DNA of 32,445 bases from a candidate division WOR-3 bacterium (GTDB lineage Bacteria > Hydrothermota > Tepidihabitantia > SM23-42), in the NCBI GenBank assembly GCA_020343455.1, contig CP070795.1:1402900-1435344 (forward strand), written 5' to 3'. A program made the position numbers and the translations under genes. The notes beneath the pieces are model-generated. The model was not told the DNA's origin. It did not search any database and saw only the letters and a list, made by a program, of their open reading frames with translations. This document shows, in pieces, positions 1-9,931 of the stretch (the stretch's first letter is position 1; every line of letters starts with the position of its first letter).

Positions 1-181
1 GGGTAAGGGGCAGAACCTGCCAGTAGCGCTGCTTTGATTTGATCAAGAAATCCGCGAACCTGTACGCTCCAGGCCCAAGATCTCCGATCCCGAATCTGGA
101 AGGCAGTGATGTCACATGAAGCAATATACCGCTGCCCCTCTTTCCGATAGCATCGTGCCCGTACTCTTTATTATTTCTCAT
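1..181 (-). CDS. malQ: 4-alpha-glucanotransferase (amylomaltase, GH77), N-terminal part only; runs off the window edge
   Basis: Not in the ORF track. Manual translation from ATG at 181 gives MRNNKEYGHDAIGKRGSGILLHVTSLPSRFGIGDLGPGAYRFADFLIKSKQRYWQVLPLT. This matches the MalQ N-terminal signature (R.SGILLH.TSLP..GIGDLG..A..F.DFL....Q..WQ.LPL). It overlaps the glgB stop codon. Confidence 0.93.
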   Translation of the reverse strand, partial: MRNNKEYGHDAIGKRGSGILLHVTSLPSRFGIGDLGPGAYRFADFLIKSKQRYWQVLPLT

Positions 182-2081
182 CGTTCTGCTTCTTTAAGTA
201 GACGACCGAAAGTGGGGGAAGCGTGACCGCTATCGAATACCGGAGGCCGTGTCTCGATTCCTCCCTCGCCTCAACCCCGCCGAGATTACCAAGGCCGCTT
301 CCGCCATATTCCTTTGCGTCGCTATTGAGTAATTCCCTCCAATATCCGCGCGATGGTACGCCGATCCGGTAGTTATGCCGCGGAACCGGCGTGAAGTTCC
401 CGGCGACGAGTAGATTATCTGCCGGATCATGCGCCTTACGAAGAAAGGTAATCACACTCTCTTCCCAATTCCCCACATCTATCCACTCGAACCCGACGCC
501 TTCGAAATCAACTGCGTGCAGGGCAGATTCTTCTCTGTATACTTTGTGCAGGTCCGTGACCAAATTCTGAATACCTTTATGCGGAGCGTGTTCGAGCAGG
601 TCCCAATCGAGGCTGCGATCGTGCCCCCATTCACGCCACTGACCAAACTCACTCCCCATAAAGAGAAGTTTCTTACCCGGATGTGCGTACATATATGCCA
701 GTAGCAGCCGCATAGTAGCGAACTTTTGCCAATCGTCACCCGGCATCTTGCTAATCAACGAACCTTTGCCATGAGTTACCTCATCATGAGAAAGCGCCAG
801 AATGAAATTCTCATAGAACGCATACCATATGCTGAAAGTCAACTGCTCGTGGTGGTATTTTCTATGGATCGGATTTCTCGAAAGATAATCGAGTGTATCA
901 TGCATCCATCCCATATTCCACTTCATGCCGAATCCGAGGCCGCCGATATAGGTCGGACGTGAGACCATTGGCCACGTAGTGGACTCTTCGGCAATCGTCT
1001 GAACATCCGGATATTCCTTATATACGGTTTCATTCAACTTTCGCAAGAAATCAATGGCCTCAAGATCCTCACGCCCTCCATACCGGTTCGGAATCCATTC
1101 CCCATCCCTTCGTGAGTAATCAAGGTACAACATCGAAGCAACAGCATCGACCCGCAGACCGTCGATGTGGTATTTGTCGAACCAGAATATCGCGCTGCTT
1201 ATCAGAAAATTCCGGACTTCGTTACGGCCGTAATTGAATATATAACTGTTCCAGTCGGGGTGCAATCCCTTTCTCGGATCAGCATGTTCATACAAATGCG
1301 TGCCATCATAGTAGGCCAGTCCGTAATCATCGGACGGAAAGTGGGACGGAACCCAATCGAGTATCACACCAATGTTGTTCGCATGAAGATGTTCAACGAA
1401 AAACATGAAGTCCTGCGGCGTACCGTATCGGCTCGTCGGAGCAAAATATCCAAGCACTTGATATCCCCAGGATCCGTAGAATGGATGTTCCATCACCGGA
1501 AGGAGTTCGACGTGAGTAAAACCTGTCTTCTTTATGTATTTTACCAGTTTTCGGGCGACATCGCGGTAATTGAGAAACGCTTCGCCGTCGCGCATCCATG
1601 AACCGATGTGCATCTCGTAAACCGAACAGGGTCTGTCAAGTGCATTATGTTCTTTTCTGTTTTTCATCCACGCATCGTCCTTCCATTCATGCTTGAGATC
1701 CCAGACAATACTCGCGGTTCTTGGAGGCTGTTCCCAAAAGAAAGCAAAGGGATCCCCCTTGTCTCTCCTGTAATCGTAATATTTTGAAACGATATGGTAT
1801 TTGTACAGAGCACCTTGACCCACACCGGGTAAGAATCCTTCCCATATGCCTGAACCATCCCACCGGACACTCAGAGGATGTGCCTTAGGATCCCAGCCGT
1901 TGAAATCTCCAACGACCGACACAGACCCCGCGCTCGGCGCCCACACCGCAAAGTACGTTCCCTCCTTCTGTCCGCTCTCTGTAATATGTGCGCCCAGTTT
2001 CTCATATATCCTGAAATGGTAGCCTTCCTTGAATAAGTAAATATCGTGATCCGTGATCGGAGTCTTCCCAATAGCCGTCAT
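171..2081 (-). CDS. glgB: 1,4-alpha-glucan branching enzyme (GH13_9)
   Basis: Motifs FAVWAP, YEMHIGSW, ELLPVMEHPFYGSWGYQ, DWVPSHF, GLRVDAVASMLYLDYSR, IAEEST, LSHDEV. This is the short 636-aa form, and it is adjacent to malQ. Confidence 0.97.
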   Translation of the reverse strand: MTAIGKTPITDHDIYLFKEGYHFRIYEKLGAHITESGQKEGTYFAVWAPSAGSVSVVGDFNGWDPKAHPLSVRWDGSGIWEGFLPGVGQGALYKYHIVSKYYDYRRDKGDPFAFFWEQPPRTASIVWDLKHEWKDDAWMKNRKEHNALDRPCSVYEMHIGSWMRDGEAFLNYRDVARKLVKYIKKTGFTHVELLPVMEHPFYGSWGYQVLGYFAPTSRYGTPQDFMFFVEHLHANNIGVILDWVPSHFPSDDYGLAYYDGTHLYEHADPRKGLHPDWNSYIFNYGRNEVRNFLISSAIFWFDKYHIDGLRVDAVASMLYLDYSRRDGEWIPNRYGGREDLEAIDFLRKLNETVYKEYPDVQTIAEESTTWPMVSRPTYIGGLGFGMKWNMGWMHDTLDYLSRNPIHRKYHHEQLTFSIWYAFYENFILALSHDEVTHGKGSLISKMPGDDWQKFATMRLLLAYMYAHPGKKLLFMGSEFGQWREWGHDRSLDWDLLEHAPHKGIQNLVTDLHKVYREESALHAVDFEGVGFEWIDVGNWEESVITFLRKAHDPADNLLVAGNFTPVPRHNYRIGVPSRGYWRELLNSDAKEYGGSGLGNLGGVEAREESRHGLRYSIAVTLPPLSVVYLKKQNDEK

Positions 2082-2857
2082 ATCCTTCCCATTACCTTAC
2101 GCCTCTGTTGGGGTGTGAACCGCTCAATGGCATATCTGAGTGCCCTTCTGGGCATCTCACGCTTATGCCTTTCCACGTAGCGTAGTACCTGTGACGGAAA
2201 GCGTATGCTCGCGTCCTTCAACATCCAACCGTAGCCATTCTGCACCAGGTAATCTTCATCCTTCATAAGCGCATCGGCTATATTGAAGGCAAAATCCAAT
2301 TGCTCGCCCATTCGCAGTGAATATATCATGATAACCGCAGCACCCCTCCTGAGCCATCTATTCTTGGAACCCGTCCATGCACGAACGTCCGGCAGGAATT
2401 CCGGAAATCTGTGCAAGAAAACCCCAAATGCATGGCGGCAAAAATCGTCACATGAACCCCAATTTGCGACATACCTCTTAAGCCAGAGTTCAAACAATCG
2501 AAAATCCCGGGGAGCATACTGCCTTTGCATACGATAAGCCCAGGCAAACGCAATTGTCTTCTCTTCACTGTATCTGGACCGCAACAGCTCTTCGCAAATG
2601 CCAAAAATCGTCTTCTTGTTCTCCTTTCTTATCTTCTTGAAGAAATCGGCAGCGATCTTGCGTACCCTCTTAGCCCTGACGCCGTATAACAGAATACCTT
2701 CCTTGAAATACGCCTCTGCACCTCTGCGATATTTCTCGTCAACATGCTTTTTCAACTCGCGTGCTATTGCATCCCGGATTCCTTTACTGTCGAAGCGGCC
2801 GCAAGACTCGTTATCTCTGCTCTTCACCGATCCCATTATACGGATAAAATGAGCCAA
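2078..2857 (-). CDS. DNA alkylation repair protein (AlkD-like, HEAT-like repeats)
   Basis: Motifs YGVR, NWGSCDDFC, WLRRGA, EDYLVQNGYGWMLK, ALRYAIERF. ATGA overlap with the glgB start. The start is uncertain (TTG 2857 or ATG 2836). Confidence 0.85.
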   Translation of the reverse strand: MAHFIRIMGSVKSRDNESCGRFDSKGIRDAIARELKKHVDEKYRRGAEAYFKEGILLYGVRAKRVRKIAADFFKKIRKENKKTIFGICEELLRSRYSEEKTIAFAWAYRMQRQYAPRDFRLFELWLKRYVANWGSCDDFCRHAFGVFLHRFPEFLPDVRAWTGSKNRWLRRGAAVIMIYSLRMGEQLDFAFNIADALMKDEDYLVQNGYGWMLKDASIRFPSQVLRYVERHKREMPRRALRYAIERFTPQQRRKVMGRI

Positions 2858-2858
2858 C

Positions 2859-3617
2859 TCAATGGGCTTCTCGAAGATCAGGTTTCTTCAATGCCTCAAT
2901 GATTAACACATTCCCCCCTTCTGCATAGTCAGAGGAATCGTATCCCCCATATTCGTGAACTATTTGAAAACCAGCTTCATGTAACATAATCCTGATTCCC
3001 CTCTGACTTACAAAACCTACAAGACCCATCTCTTCGACACGCTTACGCATCTTTCCAGAGTCGTGAACTTCGTACAAAATTGTCACTCGGTAGCGGTCTT
3101 TGCCGTATGACTGAGTGCTAACGAACCTGCGAATAGATCTCTTCACCGACCGACGTTCACCTGCAACGGAGTTCTGATGCACTTTCGGTCGAGCGCCTGC
3201 GAGGTCAAAAATGAAACGTCCGCCGGGCTCCAGGTGACGGGAAATGTTTCTGAGCGCGGCAAGCCGGTAACCATCATCAAGAAAATGATCGAATACGCCC
3301 GACATCAAGGCGAAGCCGAACGTCCGGTCGAATCTGAATGATCGTGCCTCGCCTGCATTGAGTATGATACGATCAGCAATGTCCTTCTGCTTTCTTAGCT
3401 TTTTTCTGAATTCTCTCCGCATGGCAGGCGACGGCTCTACGCAGAAAACGCGACATCCCTTCTCTGCTAGAGGAAGAGCGATGCGCCCCGTGCCAGCGCC
3501 AATATCAAGTATTTCCTTGATGCCAGATGCGCACCTTAAGAAAAACCCGATGTTGGGCTTCTTGTCAAAAAGATCATAGAGATACGCCGATCTCTCGTAA
3601 CTGCTACGGTATTTCAC
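2859..3617 (-). CDS. class I SAM-dependent methyltransferase
   Basis: Motif I ILDIGAGTGR, then VEPS and HLEPGGRFIFD. GGGAG lies just upstream of the GTG start. Confidence 0.88.
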   Translation of the reverse strand: MKYRSSYERSAYLYDLFDKKPNIGFFLRCASGIKEILDIGAGTGRIALPLAEKGCRVFCVEPSPAMRREFRKKLRKQKDIADRIILNAGEARSFRFDRTFGFALMSGVFDHFLDDGYRLAALRNISRHLEPGGRFIFDLAGARPKVHQNSVAGERRSVKRSIRRFVSTQSYGKDRYRVTILYEVHDSGKMRKRVEEMGLVGFVSQRGIRIMLHEAGFQIVHEYGGYDSSDYAEGGNVLIIEALKKPDLREAH

Positions 3618-3695
3618 GGCTCCCAGATGAATCTATGTTTCTGCCCCACGCGTCCACCCTCATGACCGTAGGATATACCCCGGGAAATCCCTTCG

Positions 3696-4148
3696 TTAAC
3701 CTTTCAGCTCGGATGTACAGAACGGACAGCGCACGGCTTTGATCGATACTGAGGACTGGCAGAACGGGCAGGTCTTCGTCGTCGGTTCAGCAGCCGGTTC
3801 CTCCTTCTTTCTCTTCATTTTATTGATACCGCGGATGACAAGAAAGACGGCAAAGGCAACGATAATGAAGCTGATGATGGTATTGATGAAGGTGCCGTAG
3901 TTAATCGATACTGCGCCCGCTGCTTGCGCTTCAGTCAGCGAGGCATAGGGACCAGCAGCAGGCCCCTCCTTGAGTACCACGAACAGGTTGGAGAAATCAA
4001 CATTACCCAATAGCAAACCGATGGGCGGCATGATAACATCTGACACAAGCGATTTTACGATCGTTCCAAACGCCGCACCAATGATAATCCCCACTGCCAT
4101 GTCGACCACGTTGCCCCGCATGGCGAATTCCTTGAATTCCTTGAACAT
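3696..4148 (-). CDS. mscL: large-conductance mechanosensitive channel with C-terminal zinc ribbon
   Basis: [42 protein letters not shown] and [16 protein letters not shown]. The tail reads CPFC-x10-RCPFC. Confidence 0.97.
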   Translation of the reverse strand: MFKEFKEFAMRGNVVDMAVGIIIGAAFGTIVKSLVSDVIMPPIGLLLGNVDFSNLFVVLKEGPAAGPYASLTEAQAAGAVSINYGTFINTIISFIIVAFAVFLVIRGINKMKRKKEEPAAEPTTKTCPFCQSSVSIKAVRCPFCTSELKG

Positions 4149-4159
4149 AAAACACCCCC

Positions 4160-4867
4160 TTAGTTATCCAATGCCAGAAGTTCATGTATTCCGTCTATCT
4201 GAAGATCGGCATATTGACCCGCCCTCGCAATGCGTTCGGGCCAGAAATTCTTGATGACATGAACCGTCATCACAGTCGTCATCCCAACCTCTTTTGCACC
4301 ACGCAATTCATCGCTGCCCCCATCACCCACATATAAACAATCACCGGGGCGCACATTCAACGCCTTCACGCACGCCTCATATATTTCCCGTTCAGGCTTG
4401 AAATACCCGACCCGACACGAGAAGATCACGGCGTCGAAAAACGGTTTCAGCGGCGAAATCTCCCAACCGTCTATCTCGGTCATATCGGCATTGCTGATGA
4501 GTCCGAGCCTCTTTCCTGAAGTCTTCAAAGTGCGCAGCGTATTCAATGTCGGTTCTTCGATATTGGTCAGTGCATAGCGAAAACGTTCAATGCGGTTTTT
4601 CACGGCAATCTCGATCGTCCGGGTAAGTATCGCAGGATCGATGGCGTGAGCCATCTTCTCGATGATCTTGAAGGGATCGGTCATTTCTCCGCGCAGCCGC
4701 TCTGCGGAATGATGCAGGAGTTGCTCGTTCCAATCTCGTCGCGAGACACCAAGGATCTCACTCGTACTCCTGCCCGGCACGCGCATGATATCGGCCGATG
4801 TCAAGGTATGGAACAGATCGAATATGACGGCCCGGAATTTATTGAGATCTATTCTCACAGTGACCAT
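4160..4867 (-). CDS. HAD-superfamily hydrolase (subfamily IA)
   Basis: Motif I IFDLFHTL, motif II LISN, motif III KP, motif [17 protein letters not shown]. Confidence 0.88.
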   Translation of the reverse strand: MVTVRIDLNKFRAVIFDLFHTLTSADIMRVPGRSTSEILGVSRRDWNEQLLHHSAERLRGEMTDPFKIIEKMAHAIDPAILTRTIEIAVKNRIERFRYALTNIEEPTLNTLRTLKTSGKRLGLISNADMTEIDGWEISPLKPFFDAVIFSCRVGYFKPEREIYEACVKALNVRPGDCLYVGDGGSDELRGAKEVGMTTVMTVHVIKNFWPERIARAGQYADLQIDGIHELLALDN

Positions 4868-4977
4868 GACGAAAGCCTCAGATCAAACATGCCTCACTAC
4901 CGGGCAGAAAGATCACCGACACCTGAAATAGCGTAGTTAAGAGTCATTCCCTTGCCTAATCTGCAGACAAATCTGCT

Positions 4978-5766
4978 TCATGCCCGAACCGTCTTCTTAC
5001 AGGTGACCATACGTACGGAGTTGAATGGAACATAGTAGCCGCTGTCACGCAATTGCCTTTCCATTTCACTTTTCATCCTGGTATACACCTCATCATAAAT
5101 CCGTACCCTTTCCTCTTCATCAATGGTACGTTTCTGTTTCACATATCCTCGCGCGTACAGTGTGATGGCTTTTTCGGCGGCAACGCGATCCCACCGTACG
5201 TCAAGGGCACGTTCACAACGCTTCATCACTCGCAGAGACATCCCTTGTAGGAACGCATCAAACTCCTCGAAGGGGATTTCATCGAGGAGGACCAACACAC
5301 CTTCCTCACGCAGGACGCGCGACGCTTCCCTGAGGGCTTCACATATACCACTGTCACCGAACCCGATCCTTATATCCTGCAGGCCGAGAAAACAACTCAC
5401 CGAAGAGAATACACCACCGGCAAAGGGCATGTTCCTTGCATCCGCTTGCACCAAGGATGCCTTGACTCCAGCCTCGGCTAGCAACGATCTTATCATACGG
5501 TGCGGACCTGTATAGTCTATGTTCAAGCCGAACAATTCTTTGTCCGGAAAGCGCCAGCCGAGCTGCGCCAGAAACGTTCCATAACCGCAGCAGAAATCAA
5601 GATGCGGGCCTGCCGGTGATACGGGCATATTTGCCGTCGCCCATCTTTGCGTCCCACCCCAGCCAATGTCCAAGCCGTCTATGATCTTCGGCGTCGGGTC
5701 ACAATCTTCCGTGAACCAATCCCGCAATTTCCTCTCTTTTTCAATGACGATCGATTCTGGGATCAT
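4978..5766 (-). CDS. class I SAM-dependent methyltransferase
   Basis: Motifs HLDFCCGYG, ADARNMPF, EASRVLREEG. Confidence 0.82.
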   Translation of the reverse strand: MIPESIVIEKERKLRDWFTEDCDPTPKIIDGLDIGWGGTQRWATANMPVSPAGPHLDFCCGYGTFLAQLGWRFPDKELFGLNIDYTGPHRMIRSLLAEAGVKASLVQADARNMPFAGGVFSSVSCFLGLQDIRIGFGDSGICEALREASRVLREEGVLVLLDEIPFEEFDAFLQGMSLRVMKRCERALDVRWDRVAAEKAITLYARGYVKQKRTIDEEERVRIYDEVYTRMKSEMERQLRDSGYYVPFNSVRMVTCKKTVRA

Positions 5767-5826
5767 GTTATTCGATTCACGTCTGATATGTGGACCGCCG
5801 TGCGCGCGTTGGAGATCCGCTGACGT

Positions 5827-6792
5827 CTAAGGAGACCAGTCGGCCGGCATCCGTAACCGCTCATTCGATTCATACGTTGATCTGATCTCTGTGAATGCCT
5901 GATCTCCATTCGTTATCAATTCCGCGATCTTGTCGAGAAGTTTATAATCCTCCCTGGCGACCTCAACATCTGGTCCTGCCATGAGTGCGTTGCAGTCCCA
6001 CGGCAAGACCTCCAGGTTGTTCAATGCCATGAAGTCGCGTACCAGGTCACCCTGCACAAACCACAGACCTTTCATATCGAATATGCCGCACAGATCCGGA
6101 TCGATCGCCCCGGTGCGACACTGCTGCCAGGCTTGCCCTCCACTCAAGAACTTCCCCGGCGGCACATCGCACGGGGCGAAGTCGATCTTAAGAGTCGCCA
6201 CCTGGAGGCTGTCGAGCTGGGCGTCGACCTGTACCCAGCGCCTCTCCTGGTCGCTCCAGTACTCGCAAATCCAATGATCCATGTACTTTCCAGGCGTAAA
6301 ATACGTACCGAACCCGCAACGCGCCCGTGCAGGAATGCCTTTATATTTCAATAAAGCACAGAGTAAGACCGAGTGGTCCCGGCAATTTCCAACGACACGC
6401 ATTTCCGGTTCACGTGCCGCCGTTAGCGGCCGGCCATCCAATTCAACGATCCGAGCCAGGATCCTTTCAACTTTGCGTAGATTGACCTCCTTTTTTCTAT
6501 CTTCTGATAGCTTAACCCCATATGCCTCCGCCCAAAAAACATGGAGCATTACTCCTTGCACTACCTTGCATAGACCGGCGATATCATCTGGCAGATCCTC
6601 CAGCAGATACGAATACTCACCAAGGGCCGTAATTGTCCCAGGCTGCCTGTAGTAATCAAGCATCTTGGAAAGACCCTCTTCCCTTCCAGTCTTCGAAGTC
6701 ATGGTCTGAGCGAAGGCGCTCGTACCAAAAACGAAAACCAGAACGAGCGACATGGTGCGCAGAAGATCGATACACTGTATACGCATAAGCAT
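5827..6792 (-). CDS. transglutaminase-like cysteine protease domain protein, probably secreted
   Basis: Cys-His-Asp triad in GNCRDHS, DHWICEYW and VQVDAQ, plus ARARCGFGTYF. The N-terminus has a hydrophobic segment ending in AFA-Q. GGGAGGG upstream. Confidence 0.85.
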   Translation of the reverse strand: MLMRIQCIDLLRTMSLVLVFVFGTSAFAQTMTSKTGREEGLSKMLDYYRQPGTITALGEYSYLLEDLPDDIAGLCKVVQGVMLHVFWAEAYGVKLSEDRKKEVNLRKVERILARIVELDGRPLTAAREPEMRVVGNCRDHSVLLCALLKYKGIPARARCGFGTYFTPGKYMDHWICEYWSDQERRWVQVDAQLDSLQVATLKIDFAPCDVPPGKFLSGGQAWQQCRTGAIDPDLCGIFDMKGLWFVQGDLVRDFMALNNLEVLPWDCNALMAGPDVEVAREDYKLLDKIAELITNGDQAFTEIRSTYESNERLRMPADWSP

Positions 6793-6807
6793 CTCACCCT
6801 CCCTTCC

Positions 6808-7872
6808 TTACAGTCCATCTGTCAAACCCCGATCTTTGGACCGCAATCTTTCCCACGCGCTGAAATCCTCGGGTGGGTCGACAAATTCCGCTTCAGGTCT
6901 GCGGTCCAATTGCACTGCACTGCTTGAGCAACCTCTAACGCATAGCCCGCAGCCAATACACTTTTCGCGCCGGACAGCGACCGCACCATCCACTTCAGCA
7001 ATCGCCTTTACCTGACAGCGCTCGATGCAAATACCACAACTATTACACACTTCTGGATCGATCACGGCGTAATAGTTCGCACGTGCCACTGAATTTTCGA
7101 TGCCCCAATCTGTAATCCCCCTCAATATTCCACAACAGCAGCCGCAGCAGTTGCAGACATAGAAGACCCCCTCGATGACGTTACTCACGCAGTGAACCAG
7201 ACCGATCTCCTCTGCCCTTTCCAGCAGCGCAAGCGCTTCGTCCTTCGAAATATCGTGGGGGCTGGGCTTACGCTCTGCCGGCGAGAAATTAAGACACAAC
7301 CTGACCGGAAAATCGCACCTCCTGTGGCCCCACATGTCCTGCTGCACGCGGCAGATGCAATCCTCGGCCCGAAATGATTTTGAGTTCTCCAACATCGATC
7401 TGATATCGTCATACGGAAGGATCCACTCCGGCCGGACCGCGCGGCCGCCCGGCACAACACGATGTAATGCCGGATAAGGCTTAATGATCCCCTCGGCGCC
7501 ACCCGCTGCCATGTATTCTTCGATGAGGTGAGCGTACTCGTGGTCCATCTTCTCGATTTGAGATTCGTACATGCCTACGATGAACGGTGCGAGACGGAAT
7601 CTCATCTGCCCATCCTTACGGGACAACTTCAAAAGGCCGCGCCTTGCCATGTCCACGAGACGCGTTTTCATCTCCTCTTCAGGTACACCAAAGCGCCGGG
7701 CGATCTCGCTGATCGGCTCAGGTACTGCAGAAAAACCACTTGCCAATGCTGCTTCCTCTTCGGTAAAGATCTTCTTCAGTATCCGTATCTCAACATTTGC
7801 CGCGGTTCTCGGAAATCCGTTGGGCAAACGATCCAGCGCATCGGCAAGTCTTTCGAATACTGTATCGGTCAT
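6808..7872 (-). CDS. Cys-rich 4Fe-4S dicluster protein with N-terminal HTH-like region
   Basis: Two ferredoxin motifs (CNSCGICIERC, CIGCGLCVRGC) plus CICR, a further C-x5-C and CNCCGCCC. Start moved to ATG 7872, which follows the RBS GGAGGAG. Confidence 0.88.
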   Translation of the reverse strand: MTDTVFERLADALDRLPNGFPRTAANVEIRILKKIFTEEEAALASGFSAVPEPISEIARRFGVPEEEMKTRLVDMARRGLLKLSRKDGQMRFRLAPFIVGMYESQIEKMDHEYAHLIEEYMAAGGAEGIIKPYPALHRVVPGGRAVRPEWILPYDDIRSMLENSKSFRAEDCICRVQQDMWGHRRCDFPVRLCLNFSPAERKPSPHDISKDEALALLERAEEIGLVHCVSNVIEGVFYVCNCCGCCCGILRGITDWGIENSVARANYYAVIDPEVCNSCGICIERCQVKAIAEVDGAVAVRREKCIGCGLCVRGCSSSAVQLDRRPEAEFVDPPEDFSAWERLRSKDRGLTDGL

Positions 7873-7906
7873 ATGCCGCTCCTCCAATGCTCGTCAATCA
7901 CCTGCA

Positions 7907-7934
7907 ATTATATAGCATCATCGACCGGGGTCAA
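7907..7934 (-). promoter_or_regulatory. sigma70-type promoter TTGACC-N16-TATAAT
   Basis: The plus strand shows attata at 7907-7912 and ggtcaa at 7929-7934. It lies upstream of the 4Fe-4S gene. Confidence 0.7.
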
Positions 7935-7981
7935 CGTTTCAATGTGGTGCATCAGGAGAGAAGGCCTTTCGGAATATCGTA

Positions 7982-9232
7982 TCAGGACGTGCGGCACGCG
8001 TTGCAAGCACTTTCACCGGCCAGGTAACCGGTGGAGAAGGCAGCCTGCAAATTATAGCCGCCCGTATCGCCTGCAATATCGATCACCTCGCCACAAAAGA
8101 ACAAACCTTTGATTATCCGTGACTCCATTGTATACGGATCGATCTCATCAAGCGCAATTCCGCCTTCAGTGACGATTGCTTCATCGATGGGCCGGGGTCC
8201 TTTCACGGTCATCCTGAAATCGGTGAGCAACTGGATTAGTCGATGGCGCTCTTCACGGGTGACCTCGCTGGCGCGCTTGCCGGGAAGCAAACCGGAACGC
8301 GTAATGAAAACACCGATCGCCGCGGCGGGTAAGAGGTGTTTGAGAACATTTCTGCAGGTCATCTTTCCGTGCTCATCGAACTCACGCAGCAACCTCTTTT
8401 CCACGGTCTCTTTCGACAAAGCCGGCTTGAAGTTTACTGACACCACCACTTTGCCCTTTCGCAGTTTCTTCACGATTTCATGACTCATCGTCAGTACGAT
8501 CGGTCCGGAGATTCCATAATGCGTGAAAATCATCTCACCGAAGAGGCGGGCGAAGATCTTCCCATCTGCAAAGGCACTCAGCTCAATATTCTTCAGACAC
8601 ACGCCCTGCAACGTTCTCACAAAATCATCTTCGATTTCGATCGGAACGAGACCGGCCTCGGGCTTTCGAAGTCGATGACCCAGATCCTGGGCAAACCGGT
8701 ATCCATCACCGGTCGAACCGGTCAGCGGATAAGAAAGACCTCCAGTTGCCACGATTACTGCTTTGCAAGGTATATCTTCACCCTCACCCTGAATGCCGGT
8801 CATGTGCCCGTTCGCCGCAAGTATACTATCGACTCTGAAATGAGGTCTGACATCGACACCAGCATCACCGAGAAATCTCTCCATGCACCGGATTATGTCA
8901 TCTGCATCGCTCGATTCCGGGAAGACGCGCCTACCCCTCTCAACGGCCATCTTCACACCCTTCGTCTCAAAGAAACGTATCAAGTCCTGGTTGAAGAACC
9001 GCGCAAAGCAGTTGTTCAGGAATTTACCACACTCTCCGTAGTGTTCGAGGAATGAATCTACCTCCTCCATGTTGGTGATGTTACAGCGCCCCTTTCCCGT
9101 GATCGATAGTTTCGAACCGAGACGGGACATTCTTTCGAGCAGCAATGTCCTGCAGCTCATTTCTGCGGCCCTTCCGGCCGCCATCATGCCACTTGGACCG
9201 CCACCGATGACCACAATATGAGGATTCTTCAT
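7982..9232 (-). CDS. HI0933/BaiN/YhiN-family NAD(P)/FAD-dependent oxidoreductase
   Basis: Motifs IGGGPSGMMAA, KLSITGKGRCNITN, GRRVFP, ATGGLSYP.TGSTGDGY, FTHYGISGP, GEVIDIAGDTGGYNLQAAFSTG. Confidence 0.93.
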   Translation of the reverse strand: MKNPHIVVIGGGPSGMMAAGRAAEMSCRTLLLERMSRLGSKLSITGKGRCNITNMEEVDSFLEHYGECGKFLNNCFARFFNQDLIRFFETKGVKMAVERGRRVFPESSDADDIIRCMERFLGDAGVDVRPHFRVDSILAANGHMTGIQGEGEDIPCKAVIVATGGLSYPLTGSTGDGYRFAQDLGHRLRKPEAGLVPIEIEDDFVRTLQGVCLKNIELSAFADGKIFARLFGEMIFTHYGISGPIVLTMSHEIVKKLRKGKVVVSVNFKPALSKETVEKRLLREFDEHGKMTCRNVLKHLLPAAAIGVFITRSGLLPGKRASEVTREERHRLIQLLTDFRMTVKGPRPIDEAIVTEGGIALDEIDPYTMESRIIKGLFFCGEVIDIAGDTGGYNLQAAFSTGYLAGESACNACRTS

Positions 9233-9840
9233 GTGAGTATTTGGGACAGCGCGGCAGTCAGTTCATCTATGGGTAGCCCGACAATGTTCGAGTAACTTCC
9301 ATCGTATTTCGCAATCAGTTTCCTGCCTTCTCCCTGGATCCCATAAGCACCAGCCTTGTCAAGCGGTTCTCCTGTCGCCACGTATTCCCTGATCATTTCC
9401 AGGTCAAGTTCTTCCATCCAGACCACACTCTTAACACTGAAAGCGACGACGTTGCCCGACTTCTGGTCTATCAGGGCAACACCGGTCATTACCTCGTGAC
9501 GACGGCCAGCCAATGTCTTAAGGATTGACATTGCATCATCTTCATCGCGCGGTTGCCCGATGATCTCGCCGTCCAGAAGGACAACGGTATCGGCCCCGAC
9601 GACGACCGCTATATCGCTTCGCTCACCGTCATACTTATCCCAGGCAGCGAGCGCCTTCTTCTCTGCGATCCTGAGACAATAAGCCTCTGCTGTCTCTCCG
9701 TGAGCGATTGCTTCATCGACATCACTCTCAATGACAATGATCCGGTCCGCGGGCACGATCGTCGACAACAATGCCAGTCTCCTCGGTGACTTCGAGGCTA
9801 AAATCAATTTCTTTGCGCCACCGTCATCCGCGCCGGACAC
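9229..9840 (-). CDS. maf: Maf-family nucleoside triphosphate pyrophosphatase (YhdE-type motifs)
   Basis: Motifs LILASKSPRR, GADTVV, HEVMTGV, DKAGAYGIQG, NIVGLP. AGGAG precedes the GTG. ATGA overlap with the HI0933 gene. Confidence 0.93.
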   Translation of the reverse strand: MSGADDGGAKKLILASKSPRRLALLSTIVPADRIIVIESDVDEAIAHGETAEAYCLRIAEKKALAAWDKYDGERSDIAVVVGADTVVLLDGEIIGQPRDEDDAMSILKTLAGRRHEVMTGVALIDQKSGNVVAFSVKSVVWMEELDLEMIREYVATGEPLDKAGAYGIQGEGRKLIAKYDGSYSNIVGLPIDELTAALSQILT

Positions 9841-9875
9841 CGAATACTCCTGTTCTTTTCACCATCATGGATTTG

Positions 9876-9903
9876 ATTTTAACCGCCAACCTTACGGAGT
9901 CAA
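9876..9903 (-). promoter_or_regulatory. sigma70-type promoter TTGACT-N16-TAAAAT for maf operon
   Basis: The plus strand shows atttta at 9876-9881 and agtcaa at 9898-9903. Confidence 0.65.
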
Positions 9904-9931
9904 GCCGATCATCTCATAACACAATCGACTG

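Noticed and set aside
4868-4977. 110-bp intergenic gap as possible ncRNA
   Set aside because: It contains only a 5-bp stem (GCAGA-TTTG-TCTGC) and no recognisable RNA family, promoter or terminator.
7927-7934. GGGGTCAA matching the start of the transposon inverted repeat
   Set aside because: Only 8 bp match, and the site is explained as the -35 box (TTGACC) of the 4Fe-4S gene promoter.
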